The notes under the pieces are model-generated. The model was not told the DNA's origin and did no database searches. It was given only the letters and a program-made list of their open reading frames with translations. Positions 51,760 to 64,000 of a DNA stretch of 64,000 bases are shown piece by piece. Location: assembly GCF_036321535.1 (NCBI RefSeq), contig NC_087437.1:34846001-34910000 (forward strand), in the 5' to 3' direction. Numbering within the stretch: the stretch's first letter is position 1; every line of letters begins with the position of its first letter. The position numbers were made by a program, and so were the translations under genes. The DNA is from Camelus dromedarius (taxonomy: Eukaryota).

Positions 51760-52804
51760 GAAACGGAAAAGCAAAGAAACTACTCCAATTAAAAGAACAA
51801 GAGAAATCCCCTGACAGAATAATGAAACAGGCCTCTCCAGTCTATTAGACCCCATAATCAAAAAGGAAGTAATAAAAATGCTAAAGGAGCTAAGAAAGAT
51901 TATCAATAGAAAGGCATATCACTGCAACAAGGAACCAGAAACTATAAAGAAGAACCAATCAAAATTAGACAACTCAATTACTGAGATAAAACCCAATCTA
52001 GAAGCAATGAATAGCAGACTAACACAGAATGAACAAGTGATCTGGAAAATAGAATAATAGAAATCACTCAGTGAGAACAGCAGACAGAAAAACAAATTTT
52101 AAAAAATGAACGCAACATATAAGATCTATGGAATAATATAAAGTGTGCCAGCCTACACATAGTAGGGATTCCAGAAGAAGAAAGAAGAAGGGGGATCATA
52201 AATGTATTTGAAGAAATTATGGCTGTAAGCTTCTGAAACCTAAAGAAGGAAACAGATATCCAAGTATAGGAAGCACAGAGGGTCCCAAACAAGATGAACC
52301 AGAACAAACCCACACTGGGAGATATCATAGTTAAAATAGCAAAGGTTGAAGATAAAGAAGATTCTAAAGGCAGCAAGAGAAAAACAAAGAGTCAGTTACA
52401 AGGGAACCCTCATAAGGGTCTCAGCTGATTATCTCTCTGCAGAAACTTTACAGGCCAGAAGAGTGGCATGAATACATTCAGAGTCCTGAAAGGTGGGGAA
52501 GGGTATAGCTCAAGTGGTAGAGCGCATGCTCAGCACACAAGAAGTCCTGGGTTCAATCCCCAGTACCTCCTCCAAGCAGAAATAAAAATGAATAAACCTA
52601 CTTACCTACCTCTCATAAAAAACAAACAATACAAGCAGAGTCCTGAAAGGGAAGAACGTGCACCTATGATACTCTCCCGAGCAAGATTATCATTTAGGAA
52701 AGAAGGAGAAATAAAGAATTTCTCAGACAAAACAGTAACAACAACTAAAAGAATACATCAACACTAAAGCTACACTAAAAGAGATATTGAAAGTTCTTCT
52801 CTGA
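51760..52804 (+). pseudogene. L1 ORF1 remnant (frameshifts, stops, SINE insertion)
   Basis: Residual peptides such as ARLSFRKEGEIKNFSDK and the gaagcacagagggtcccaaacaagatgaac motif. Confidence 0.8.
52494..52635 (+). mobile_element. tRNA-Ala-derived camelid SINE inserted into L1 ORF1
   Basis: Perfect 15-bp TSD cagagtcctgaaagg at 52479-52493 and 52636-52650. Confidence 0.95.
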
Positions 52805-53268
52805 ATAAAAAGGGAGCAACAGTATATAGGGAAGGGAAAAACCACAATAAGAAAGGCAAATATATAAAAGGGTTGAGGATCACTTAAATAAGTCAGTACA
52901 TAGATTAAAAACAATCATTTTTGTAAAAGTGATTATAACTATAATTCACAGCAAAAGGATAAACATGAAGATGTGAAATAGGATATCAAGAATCACAAAA
53001 CATAGGGGTTAGAAGTAAAAAATATAGGTCTTTTGGATATGTTTGAACTTACATGACTATCAGTGTAAGAAGATATAGTTATGGGTCAACGTACTTGAAA
53101 ACCACGGTAACCACAAATCAAAAACATGTAATAGAGTCACAAAAATCAAAAAGAGAGGAACTCAAGCATAATAAAAAACAAAACCATCAAACCACAAAAC
53201 AAAAACCAAAAAGGCTAAGAAATGAACAAAGAAAACCTGCAAAACCAACTGGAAAACAAGGCTTAAAA

Positions 53269-56200
53269 TTGCGATAAGTACATACCTATCAATTATTACT
53301 TTAAATGTCAGTGGGAAAAATGCTTATGATATAGAGTGGCAGAATGGATTAAAAAACAAGAACTTATCTTATGCTACCTATAAGAAACTCACTTCAGGGC
53401 GAAAGACACATACAGAATCAAAGTGAGGAGATGGGAAAAGATATTTCATGTAAGTGGAAATGACAAGAAAGCGGGGCTAGAAATACTTATTTCAGAGAAA
53501 GTGGACTTAAAAAAATCAAAGAAAGACAAAGAAGGACACTGTGGACACAAAACAAAAGGATATTCCACTCATTAACACAGATGCACCCAATATAGAAGCA
53601 CCTAAGTATGAAACAATTACTAACAGACATAAAGGGAGAAACTGACAGGAATTCAATAATAGAGACATTAACTCACTAACAAAAATGGACAGATCTTCCA
53701 GATAAGAAATAAACAAGGCAGCAGAGATCCTCAATAACACAATAAACCAGGTGGACTTAATTGATATCTAGAGGACACTACATCCAAAAACAAAAACCAG
53801 AATACACATTTTTTTCAAGCATGCATGGAACATTCCGTAGGATAGACCACATACTAGGTCACAAAACAGGCCTGAACAAATTTAAGAGGATAGAAATTAT
53901 TTCAAGCATCTTTTCTGACCACAACAGTATGAAACTAGAACAGCCACAGAAAGAAAAACAGGAAAATAAAATGATCACATGGAGACTAAACAACATGCTA
54001 TTAAAAACCAAGGGGTCAATGATGAAATCAAAGATGAAATTAGAAAATACCTCAAGAAAATGACAATGAAAGCATAACCTTACAAATCAATGGGATGGAG
54101 CAAAAGCAGTTCTAAGGAAGTTCATAGCAATACAGGCCTTCCTCAAGAAAAATCTAAAATAAACATCCTAACCTACCACTTTAAAAAAAATTGAAAAAGA
54201 AGAACAAATAAAACCCAAGTCAGCAGAAGTAAGGAAATAATAAAAATCAGAGAGTGAGTAAATAAAATAGAAATAAACAATTAATAGAAAAGATCAATAA
54301 ACCAAGAGCTGGTTTTTTGAAAAGATAAACAAAATTGGCAAACCTTTGGCCAGGCTTACCAAGAAGAAAAGAGAGAGGAACCAAATAGGCAAAATAAGGA
54401 ATAAAAGGAGAAATAACAAATGATAATGCAGAAAAAGAAAAAAAATCATAGAATACTATGGAGAGTTATATGTCAACAAATTGGACAACTAGAAGAAATG
54501 GACAAGTTTCAAGAAACACAGCCTGCCAACATGGAGTCAATCAGAAACAGATAATTTGAACAGACCAATCACTAGAAGTGCAATAGAACCTGTAACTTAA
54601 AAAGTCCTTGCAAACAAAAGTCTAAGACCAGATAGCTTCACTGGGGAGTTCTACCAAACATAAAAAGAAGAACTTGTATCTATCCTCCTCAAACTCTTCC
54701 AAAAGACTGAAGATGAAGGAACATCCCTAAGTCATTCTATGAATCCACCATTGCCCTGATACCAAAACCAAAGATGCTACAAAAAAAAAAAGAAAACTAA
54801 AGACCAATATCTTTGACAAATATAGATGCAAAAATCCTCAACAAAATATTAGCAAACTGAGTCCAACAATACATAAAAAGGATCATATGCTATGATCAAG
54901 TTGGATTCATTCTAGGGTCGCAGGGATGGTTCAACATACGCAAATCGACCAGTGTGATACACCACATCACCAAAGACAAAAAATGATTATCTCAATAGAT
55001 ATAGAAAAAGCATTTGACAAAATTTAACATCGATTCATTGTAAAACCTATCACCAAAGTGGGTATAGAGAGAACATATCTCAACATAATAAAAGCCATTA
55101 CATCAAACCCACAGCCAACATAATACTCAACGGTGAAAAGATGAAAGCATTCCTGCTAAACTCCAGAACAAGACAAAGATGCCCACTCTTAACATTTCTC
55201 TTCAATGTAGTATTTAAAGTCCTAGCTACAGCAATCAGAGAAGAAAAAGAAATAAAAGGTACCCAAACTGGAAGGGAAGAGGTAAAACTGTCACTATTTG
55301 CGGATGACATGACATTCTATATAGACACCTAAAGACTCCACACAAAAACTATTAGAACTAATAAATGAATTCAACGAGGTAGCAGGATACAAGGTTAATA
55401 TACAAAATTCTTTTGCATTTCTTTACACTAAAAATAAAAATCAAAAAGTTTTTTAAAATCCTTTTAAAATGGCATGATATATGTAAAAATAAACTTAGCC
55501 AGAAGGTAAAAGAATTTTGTACTGAAAACTATAAAACATTGATAAAGAAAACTGCTAATAATTCAAAGAAATGGAGAGATAGCCAATGCTCTTGGATTGG
55601 AAGAATATAGTTAAAACAGCCATACTACCCAAAGCAATCTACAAATTTAATGCAAAAACTATCAAAATACCCAGGACATTTTTCACAGGACTAGAACAGG
55701 TAATCCTAAAATATATATGGAACCACAAAAGAGCCAGAATTGCCAAAGCAGTCCTGAGGAAAAAGAACAAAGCTGGAGGCATAACCTTCCCAGACTTTAG
55801 GCAATAGCACAGAGCTACAGTAACCACAATAGTGTAGTAGTAGCACAAAAACAAATATATAAACCAATGGAACAGAAGAGAGGTCCCAGAAATAAACCCA
55901 CACACCTGCAGTCAATTAATCTATGACAAAGGCAAAAATCTAAAATGGAAAAAGACAATCTCTTCAACAAGAGGTGTTGGAAAAGCTGGGCAGCTACATG
56001 TAAATAATGAAAATAGAACACTCTCTCACACCATATACAAAAGTCACCTCAAGATAGTCTAAACACCTGAATATAAGACAGACACCACAAATCTCCTAGG
56101 AGGGAACATAGGCAAAACATTATCAGACATAAATTGTAGCAGTGTTTTCTTAGATCAGTCTCTCAAGGCAAAAGAAACAGAAGCAAAAATAAACAAATTC

Positions 56201-56810
56201 GACTTAATCAAACTTAAAAGCTTTTGCACAGCAAAGGAAGCCATCAACAAAACAAAAAGTAACCTACAGAATGGGAGAGAAGATTAACAATGGACGAACA
56301 AGGAATTAATATCCAAAATATACAAAAAGCTCATACAACTCAGTATAAAAAAAAAAAAAAAGCCCAATCATAAGAGCAGAAGACTTAAATAGACATTTCT
56401 GCAAAATAGACATACATAAGGCCACCAGGCACATGAAAAGATGCTCAACATTATTATTACAGAAATGCAAATCAAAATGACAATGAGGTATCAGAATGGC
56501 CATCATCAAAAGGCCTTCAAATAATAAACGCTGGAGAGGGTGTGGGGAAAAGGGAACCCTCCTACCCTGTTAGTGGGAATGTAAATTGATTCAGCCACTA
56601 TTAAAAACAGTGGAGGTTCCTTAAAAAGCTAAAAATAGAGCTACCATATAATCCAGTAATCCCACTCCTGTGAATATATCTGGAAAAGATGAAAATGCTA
56701 ATTGAAAAGATACATGCACCCCAATGTTCATAGCAGCACTATTTACAACAGCCAAGACATGGAAACAGCCCAAGTGCCCACTGACAGACGATTGGCTTAA
56801 GAAAATGTGA
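53269..56810 (+). pseudogene. L1 ORF2 remnant (endonuclease and reverse transcriptase), disrupted
   Basis: EN motifs YTFFSSMHGTFRRIDHILGHK and SDHN; RT motif FADDM at 55297-55311; many stops and frameshifts. Confidence 0.93.
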
Positions 56811-57327
56811 TGTGAGATATATATATATATATATACACACAGACACAGACAGACACACACACACACAAGAATATTATTCAGCCATTAAAAAGAATGAAAT
56901 AATGCCATTTGCAGCAACATAGATGGACCTAGAGATTATCATACTAAGCTGAGTAAGACAGAGAAAGAAAAATATCATGTGATACCACTTATATGTGGAA
57001 TCTAAAAAATAATACAAATGAATGTATATACAAAACAGACTCAGACTTAGACATAGAAAACAAACTTATGGTTCCTAAAAGGGAAAGGGAGAGGTGGAGA
57101 GATAAATTAGGAGAACGGGATTAACAGAGACAAACTACTTTATATAAAATAGGTAACAACAAGGATTTACTGTGTAGCACAGGGAACTATATTCAATATC
57201 TTGTAATAACTTGTAGTGGAAAATAATCGGAAAAAAATATATATATATATAACTGAATTATTTTGTTGTACACCTGAAAGTAACACATTATAAATCAACT
57301 ATACTTCAATAAAAAAATGTTTAATAA

Positions 57328-57372
57328 AAATGGTTAAGAGGATACATTTTATTTTTTACCACAATTAAATTA
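57328..57372 (+). mobile_element. Distal tip of the older L1M split by the full-length L1
   Basis: aaatggttaaga...ttttaccacaattaaa completes the L1M 3' terminus. Confidence 0.75.
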
Positions 57373-57599
57373 TTTTTTAAATGTCAATAAATGTTGAAGA
57401 ATGCTGAAGGTGAAATGGAAAAAAAGTTTTTTTAATAATTGATTTTCCTCAAAATCCCTTTCCTTTTCTCTTCACTGTGGTGCTTGAAGCTTTTATGCCA
57501 TATAATACCTTCTGAAATTCCACCCCCTCCAATATGACTCCTTTCCTTAGGCCACTAGGAGAATGTGCCACTTTTAATAACTCCTTTTACCATCCCAGT

Positions 57600-58730
57600 C
57601 ATTCTGTCACTTAACATTTATTGAGCACATGCTATGAGTGAGGTTTTGTTTAGACAGGAATTTAGCAGTAAAAGAACAAAATCCTTACACCTTTGGACTT
57701 ATATTCTAATGTGGGGAGATTATAAACAAGTAAATATACAGTGTGTCAGATGGTGTTAAAGGATCTGGAGAAAGAGTGGGAGAGAAAGGAATGGTAGGGC
57801 ACAAGAGGAATGCTGCTACATACAGTGTCGTCAAGGGAAGCCACATGGAGAAGACATTTGAACAGAAATATCTGAGGAAAATGAAGGAAGATGAAAGGTG
57901 GGTATCCAAGGAAGACTCTTCCATGTAGAGGGGCTATCCAGGGCAAAGGCCCAGAGGCAGGAGCAGCTTGATTTGTTTGGGGAAGAGCCACGAGTCCATT
58001 ATCTTGAGGAGAGTGGGCATGGGAGTGGAATAGGAGCTTAGATCAGAGATATATTTGGGTGCAGGGCACTGACTTTGTGGACCATCATATAGACTTTGTT
58101 TTCACTGTGATCAGATGGGAACTATTGGAGAATGCTGAGCAGGATGGTCTCCGGCAGCGGGGTGGATAACAGACTTAAGGAGGGAGGAAAGGGACACCGG
58201 GAGGAAAGTCAGGAGAGAAATGAAGGTGGCGGAGACCAAATGGTGGAAACGAAGTGTGAGAAGTGTCAGATCTGGGTACCTTGTGAAGGTGGAGCCAGTG
58301 GGGATTCTAATTGATTGGATGTGAAGTGTGAGGGAAGAAAGAGTCCAGGATGACTCAACGTGTCCTAGCCCAAGCTGCTGTGAGGATGGAGTTACTGTGC
58401 GCTGAGGCAGGGAACACTACAAGACGAACACGTTTGCTGGGATAGTATCAGGATGTTAGCATCTCAGACACATCCAAAACTAAGTTAGGTCAAGAAGGTA
58501 AGTGAATATGTGAGTCCAAAACATCAGGAAAGATCAGGGCTGGAAATAAAAGTTTGGAAATCAGCAGCAGATAGATGATATTTAAAGCCACTGGACTGGA
58601 TGAGACCAGCTAGGGAGTGTCATTGAGGAAGAGTTCTGAACTCTGCCCTAGGGTGCCCCACTTCAAGATGGGAAATAAAGAAGTTGCAGGGGCTGAGGAG
58701 CAGCCAGTGAAAGGGGAGAATGTCTCAGAA
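57600..58730 (-). mobile_element. L2 LINE fragment
   Basis: aacatttattgagcacatgctatg...gagtccaggatgactc...agatgatatttaaagcca. Confidence 0.82.
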
Positions 58731-58740
58731 AATACTCCTT

Positions 58741-58794
58741 TGCTAATGGCTCTGATTAGTCAGTGCTAATGGCTCTGATTAGTCAGTGCTAATG
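58741..58794. repeat. Perfect 23-bp tandem duplication
   Basis: (tgctaatggctctgattagtcag) twice plus tgctaatg. Confidence 0.95.
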
Positions 58795-61227
58795 CAATTT
58801 TCCAGTGTTTTACCAGTTGCTAGGAACTTAGGTGCTGTTGTTCTTGGATTACTCTTGATTGTTAAAACTAAGTGTACCATATAGCTTGCCTACAGGTGGT
58901 CACCATAAGTGGTTTCAAATTTCTTCCCTGTTTTTAGAATGAAGCATTATCATGTAAGCTTACATGTGGAAAGTTAAGATAAATTCACTCAGAAATTTTA
59001 AAAAAAACACGTGACCACGTAGGACCCATGCCATTTAGAGATGCAGTGTTGTTTTTTTTTAATAGGATGCAAATCGACTTTCTACATCATCTCAATGAAA
59101 ATGTTTTGAAATCTCAGTCCAACGAGATGTTACCCAACCCCTCTTCTCATTCATCTCTCACCCTCAGCAGTCTGTACCACCTTTCTGCGGCCTCTTAAAA
59201 TGCTGTGTAAGAACCTATTGATTTCACTTATTTCACTTCCCTCCGTTGCCTCTGGCCACAAATTAGTCTAAGTCAGAAAAGGTGGGGAGATAAGAAGGCT
59301 ATTTATAGACTGTCCTTTTCTATTCTTTCTCAAAGCTTTTTTTTTTCTTTAACTGGAAAGCCACAAAAAGCAAAGCTTAAAACCAGCTGCAAGCTATATG
59401 TCCTACTGATCCTTTGTACTTTAAAAGCAAACATTTTGGCTTGCTATGCCTTTTTAGTTAAGCACAGGAAGCAATGTTTGCCAGGATTTATCTTTCCCTA
59501 AAAGTACATGACAGAAGATATTCAAATTCAGTGTGTCACTTAACAGAAGTAATTGTTTCTAACATCAGCCCCCAAATGCTAAATATTCACATTGTTTTTG
59601 TGCTCCAGATTCTCAAATTTAAGGAACAAGAAATTGATAGTATCAGCTCATAAAGCCAAACATCATCACTTTCTTTTTCCAAGCCAAGATTTTTAATAGT
59701 AGTAGAAAGTAGGATAAACACTCACTCTTCAGATATGTCTCCTTGCCTTCATCTTCTGGCTTGGGATGTTTGGGGAGTTACAATGTACTGCCTCCAAGAA
59801 ACCGAATTCTACCACTTCTGGTGCAAAGTAAGTATGCTCAAGTTTCTGGTGCTGTATGCTGGCAACTCCACTTCCATACATGAGGAGCTGGCAAAGAAGA
59901 GAGCTGCTTCCTGGGGAAGGATCACAGTTATAAATCAAGGAGCAGTGAGTCCACGTGTGTGGTGTGTGGAAGATAGTTGGTAGAGGAGCAAAGGAGGAGT
60001 GAATGGGGAAGATTGTTAGTGGATTCTCGACACACATCCCCAACACACACACCAAAAGCATTATAGTACAATCCTGCACTCTATTGGGTTCTACTTTCCA
60101 AATTTTGGCAGTTTGACTCCAGAATCCCTCTGCAGACCCCGTCTCCTCTTTGAGACAATGCTGCTGATCCTTCTTTGGCTTTAGTGCTTCCAAACTAACT
60201 GGAGAGCTAAGTAGGTGTTTACAGGGTACCTCAGTGAAATCAGCAGTGGACTGAAATATGGTTGTGCCACTGATGGGCGCAAGTTCTTCCTAAACCTCTG
60301 TGCCGAAGCCTGGAGATAATGCAGTCATAATAAAAATGATTTTCAGGTGTGATCGGAAACCCTAAAGGGGATTTTCCGGCAGATGTGCTCTGTGAATGCT
60401 GGCGCTGATCAGAAGATGTGAGCGGCATCTCTAAACTGATCATTATTTATATCCTTCAGCTACAACCCCTAATTAAATCCCCCGAGTTAGCTCCAAAACC
60501 TACCACCTGAGACCTGTCTGCAGACAAAGGCTTTCTTGTGGCACGCAGCTGAGCCAGGTCTGGGCCCTTCTGTTTCATGTCAGAGTCAATATTTTGATCT
60601 GATTCTTTTGTCCAACCGAATTCAGTGATTCTCTTATTGGTTTGCTTTTTTTTCTTCAGCAAGAATCAGTTTACCAAGCTAGCTGCTGTTTGGGCTGGCT
60701 AATTAAAACCTGCTCAGTGTGTGCAGGCCGACTTCAAGCCAAATGCTGCCCTGCACAGAACTTGAGTGCCATTATTATTCATTATAATAGATGGGCATTG
60801 TGAGTTATGCACAGCGAATCGGAGCCCAGTGTTTGATTTTTATTTGCATGGCCTTGTGAATATATATCCCCACGTGGAAGGAGGGGGTGCCCAGAATGTC
60901 CAGTCTTTGGTGAATCCTATGGAAAGGAGACATGTGGCCTGAGTGTTCCTGAGAACAGCCTTGTGGTTAACTTCATGGTTGGCCAGGTCGACCAGATGTG
61001 GCTCTATCACCCATGCCATCCAGCCTCCTGACATGTTGGAATTAGCTGTTTCTACTCATTTATGAAGATTTTGTGCAAAGTGGATAACCAGTTATGGAAG
61101 CTTTCCCAACACTGCAATTCCTTTGACTGGGAGCACTCTAGGCAGCTAATATATATGTGTGTATATATACATATGTATGTGAATGTAGTCTCAGATAGTT
61201 AAATGCATTTGACTATGATCTCCATCA

Positions 61228-61545
61228 ACAAACACTTACTCACTTAGGCAGTGTTGTGTGGTACTGTACTCTGGGAGAGACTCATCATACTCCCCTAAAG
61301 AACTAACAGCCTTGTGAATGAAACAGTATGTAAAGAAATAATTCTACTACAGTGTAATAAATGGTCTCTCAGATTTCTAAATGAGGCACATGGGTGGATG
61401 ATGATGCCCTAACCAAGATACAGAGCTCTGAAGTAGGAACAGGTTGCATGAGGGGATAGATGGAGAGAGATGTTAATTTGGGTTTCAGGTGCTCACAGGG
61501 CATCCGGGTTGTACTGTCTCGTGGGCAGTTCTAAATAGGGCTTAG
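61228..61545 (-). mobile_element. Decayed L2 fragment
   Basis: caacaaacacttact...ggcagtgttgtg...gaactaacagcct. Confidence 0.45.
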
Positions 61546-63336
61546 GAAACACATAAGCAACTGCTTCTTGCAGGAAACTATTTCATGTCCCTGCCAGAGA
61601 AGTAACACATAGTACAAGTAGGTTTTGATAAGAGAGAGAGAAAAGATTGACCATGGAGGACACAGTGATGGGACACCAGGTTAGGGAACAGGAAGTTTGT
61701 TGAGAGCAGCTTTGCTATTCTCAGTTTTAATCAGAGTGGGCCCTGCTTATGAAAATATGTCCTTGATTTGAAAACTTTCTGAAAAGTTAACCAATGGATG
61801 AATCTTTAAGTAAATACCACATGCTCATGGATTGGGTCTTCGTTTGGAGAAGGGTCTGTTTCCCAGTTTCTTAGAAGATGATGTTTTGAATTCTATCTGA
61901 ACCAAACAATTCTTTTTTTCTTTTTATGCTTGTCTTGCCAGATCATGAAAGAACCAGTTTAAAATGTTTCAGCTGGCATTTCTAGCTGGAAATGCATAGA
62001 TTTATGGAATATTATTTTTAAAATAGTACTGTGAATAGAGGTGATTCATAGCCTTCTTCTTGCACGTGACACCTTAGAGGGAGTTGGGGGTGTGTCCAGC
62101 TAGCTTAAGAAACATGGTAAAACTCCCCTTAAATGATCTCAAGTTAAGGAATATTTGAATCAATGCCATGGTGAAAATTAAAGGGAAAGGGGAATGTCGC
62201 AATACAATAAACAGCAAATTGTCAGAACTCTAAGGAGTTTGAGATTAGATATAGTTAGTTTTCTTTTTAGCCCAATTATGGAGTCTAAGCATCTTAAGTC
62301 AGCTGATTATGCCGGAATGAAATGCTCTTCAGTAGTATTTTCATTCCTTCACCAATTCCTATTCTCCAAAGACCTTCAAGGTTCCAGCACATAGTTTAAT
62401 GGACTGCCTACATTTTGGTGTTTTATTGCAAGTCCACTGGGTTCCATCTTCATAAGTAAATGCCAACCTCAAAAGTGCCCGTTACGCCTACTGTGTTACA
62501 ATTTTACTAAGCTCAGGATTGTCACGGGAAGTTGAAAACATTTCAGTGGTCAAAGAGAGAGGGTAATTAGCTCATTTAAATCCTTTGCCATGTCTCATTT
62601 TCTTTGGTGCAAAGGTGCCAGCCTGTCTTTATAAAAGTAAATGGGGCATATACCTTGGCATTATTTAATTCAGCTATTAATCTTAAAAGATAAACTAAGC
62701 AGATTACAAACCAGATGAAGTTTACATGCAGACTGTGTGTGAGTGTGTTTGCCGCCTCGTGTCTTAAGTGCTGGCAACCCCATGCTCTGCAGCAGGAAGG
62801 GTTGTCTTTGTAGAAGAATGCTCCCTGGCAGATCACAAGTACAGGATTTGCATTTACACGTAAAAGACCATGACGAATCAATTTTTAAATTGATTTCAAT
62901 TTAAAATAAATTGACTCTAAACAAGAATTTTTCAAGTAGAAGTCTTCAGATGTATTCTGTTTCTTCAACAGTAATAATATCAAGTGGTTTCTATGGCTTC
63001 TCTCCTTTTTTTATTGACTTGAATAGATAATATAGATATTTTTATAAATGAAATTCCAATATTACTGCTTTGGGTTTTTTTTTTAATTTGGATTTCAGAT
63101 ACCATATTATGTAAAATGTCAAACAGCTGATGACAGAGTATGTAATTAGTTTAGGATTAGATTTAACTTGCATTTTAATGAACTTGAATCATATCTTTTT
63201 AAAAAGGAAGTTGGTAGTTTCAGGAGTGTGAATATTTTTCTTGTAGTGTAAATATTTATCACACACTTCCCATTACTATAAAACTGATATAAAATTTAAA
63301 TACAAGAATAATATTTCTTTAAAAATATAACTTAAT

Positions 63337-63472
63337 GGGGGTAGGGTATAGCTCAGTGGTAGAGTGCGTGCTTAGCATGCACAAGGTCCTGCGTTCAATC
63401 CCCAGTATCTCACTTGAAAATAAACAAACCTAATTATCCCCACCAAAAAAATTAAAATAATTTTTAAAAGAT
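63337..63472 (+). mobile_element. tRNA-Ala-derived camelid SINE (vic-1-like)
   Basis: A box TAGCTCAGTGG and B box GTTCAATCC. 16-bp TSD with one mismatch: aaaaatataacttaat (63321-63336) / aaaaatttaacttaat (63473-63488). Confidence 0.95.
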
Positions 63473-64000
63473 AAAAATTTAACTTAATAGAAAAAAATTT
63501 AACCAAAAATCTTATTACTATGGAAATCTGATGACAAGAGAATCAAAGTAGAGCTACACATTTTCCAATGTAATTCCTTGGGACCCACATATTCTAGGAA
63601 GAACATTTGGGGTATGTTGAGCAGCATGTTTCTTCTTGGGATCCACCATTTGGCACTACATTAAAGGCTCTAAAAGACTGATAGTTTAACTGTTTTAACT
63701 TTGATAACTTGGTATTTCCCAAACTTACTAAACCATGAACTTTTTAGTGAATAACCCCTATTTACATAAAGCTGAATTGGTACTCCATGAAAACCATTTT
63801 GGGAAACACTGGTGTATAGAAGAAGGTTATTTGATGAATTTAGTATTATCTAAAATTGATAATCAACTATGTGTAGATGCTGAAAAGCTCAATCCAAATT
63901 CAGACATTGTTGGGGTTTTTTTTTTTTAACTACTGAATATAAGTTCTAGATACTTTTTGGTGAGGTCAATAGCTAGGTTTTAAATATTCCAAATGTGGAA

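Larger units (their letters stand above)
50342..57327 (+). mobile_element. Full-length (~7 kb) inactivated LINE-1
   Basis: Starts ggggggtggatCAAGATGGC (YY1-type motif at 50353-50361), then a GC-rich 5' UTR, ORF1 and ORF2 remnants, and a 3' UTR with AATAAA at 57308 and 57323. TSD core aaatggtt at 50331-50338 and 57328-57335. Confidence 0.95.
17270..64000 (+). other. PPM1L: 5' part of the PPM1L intron downstream of the exon (intron 2 by homology)
   Basis: The next expected exon (TTCLIALL...) is not seen in the ORF track; the region is repeat-rich. Confidence 0.8.

Noticed and set aside
53269..56810. Active L1 ORF2
   Set aside because: Broken into many short frames by stops and indels, and ORF1 is interrupted by a SINE.
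58951..58966. 16-bp perfect palindrome CATGTAAGCTTACATG
   Set aside because: About one is expected by chance in 64 kb (64000 / 4^8).
63337..63412. Genuine tRNA-Ala genes at the SINE heads
   Set aside because: Stem mismatches, A-rich tails, TSDs and six dispersed copies indicate SINEs.
1..64000. A novel multi-gene system, operon or CRISPR array
   Set aside because: This is mammalian intronic DNA. There are no repeat-spacer arrays, and all ORFs other than the PPM1L exon are TE remnants or short chance ORFs.

Overview
Mammalian nuclear DNA, most likely camelid: six tRNA-Ala(AGC)-headed SINEs resemble the camelid vic-1 family. The window lies inside PPM1L (PP2C-epsilon) on the + strand. The only host coding sequence I can support is one 175-nt internal exon at 17095-17269 (TAAEYVKSRL...SYDEA-G, exon 2 by homology), flanked by at least 17 kb of upstream intron and at least 46 kb of downstream intron. 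The rest is intronic and rich in transposable elements: a decayed full-length ~7-kb sense L1 nested in an older L1M 3' end and itself carrying a SINE, several L1 fragments, ERV1/ERVL/MaLR solo LTRs, MER/Tigger DNA transposons, MIR and L2. Repeat family names come from my recall of consensus motifs, not from a search, and old-element boundaries are approximate (about 20-50 bp). I found no evidence of a novel multi-gene system. The best second-look items are a perfect DR4 nuclear-receptor element in a GATA/ETS motif cluster, an inverted pair of related LTRs, a TSD-flanked poly(T)-only insertion that creates a cryptic splice acceptor, a rearranged L1 composite, and inverted repeats across the exon that could favour circularisation.
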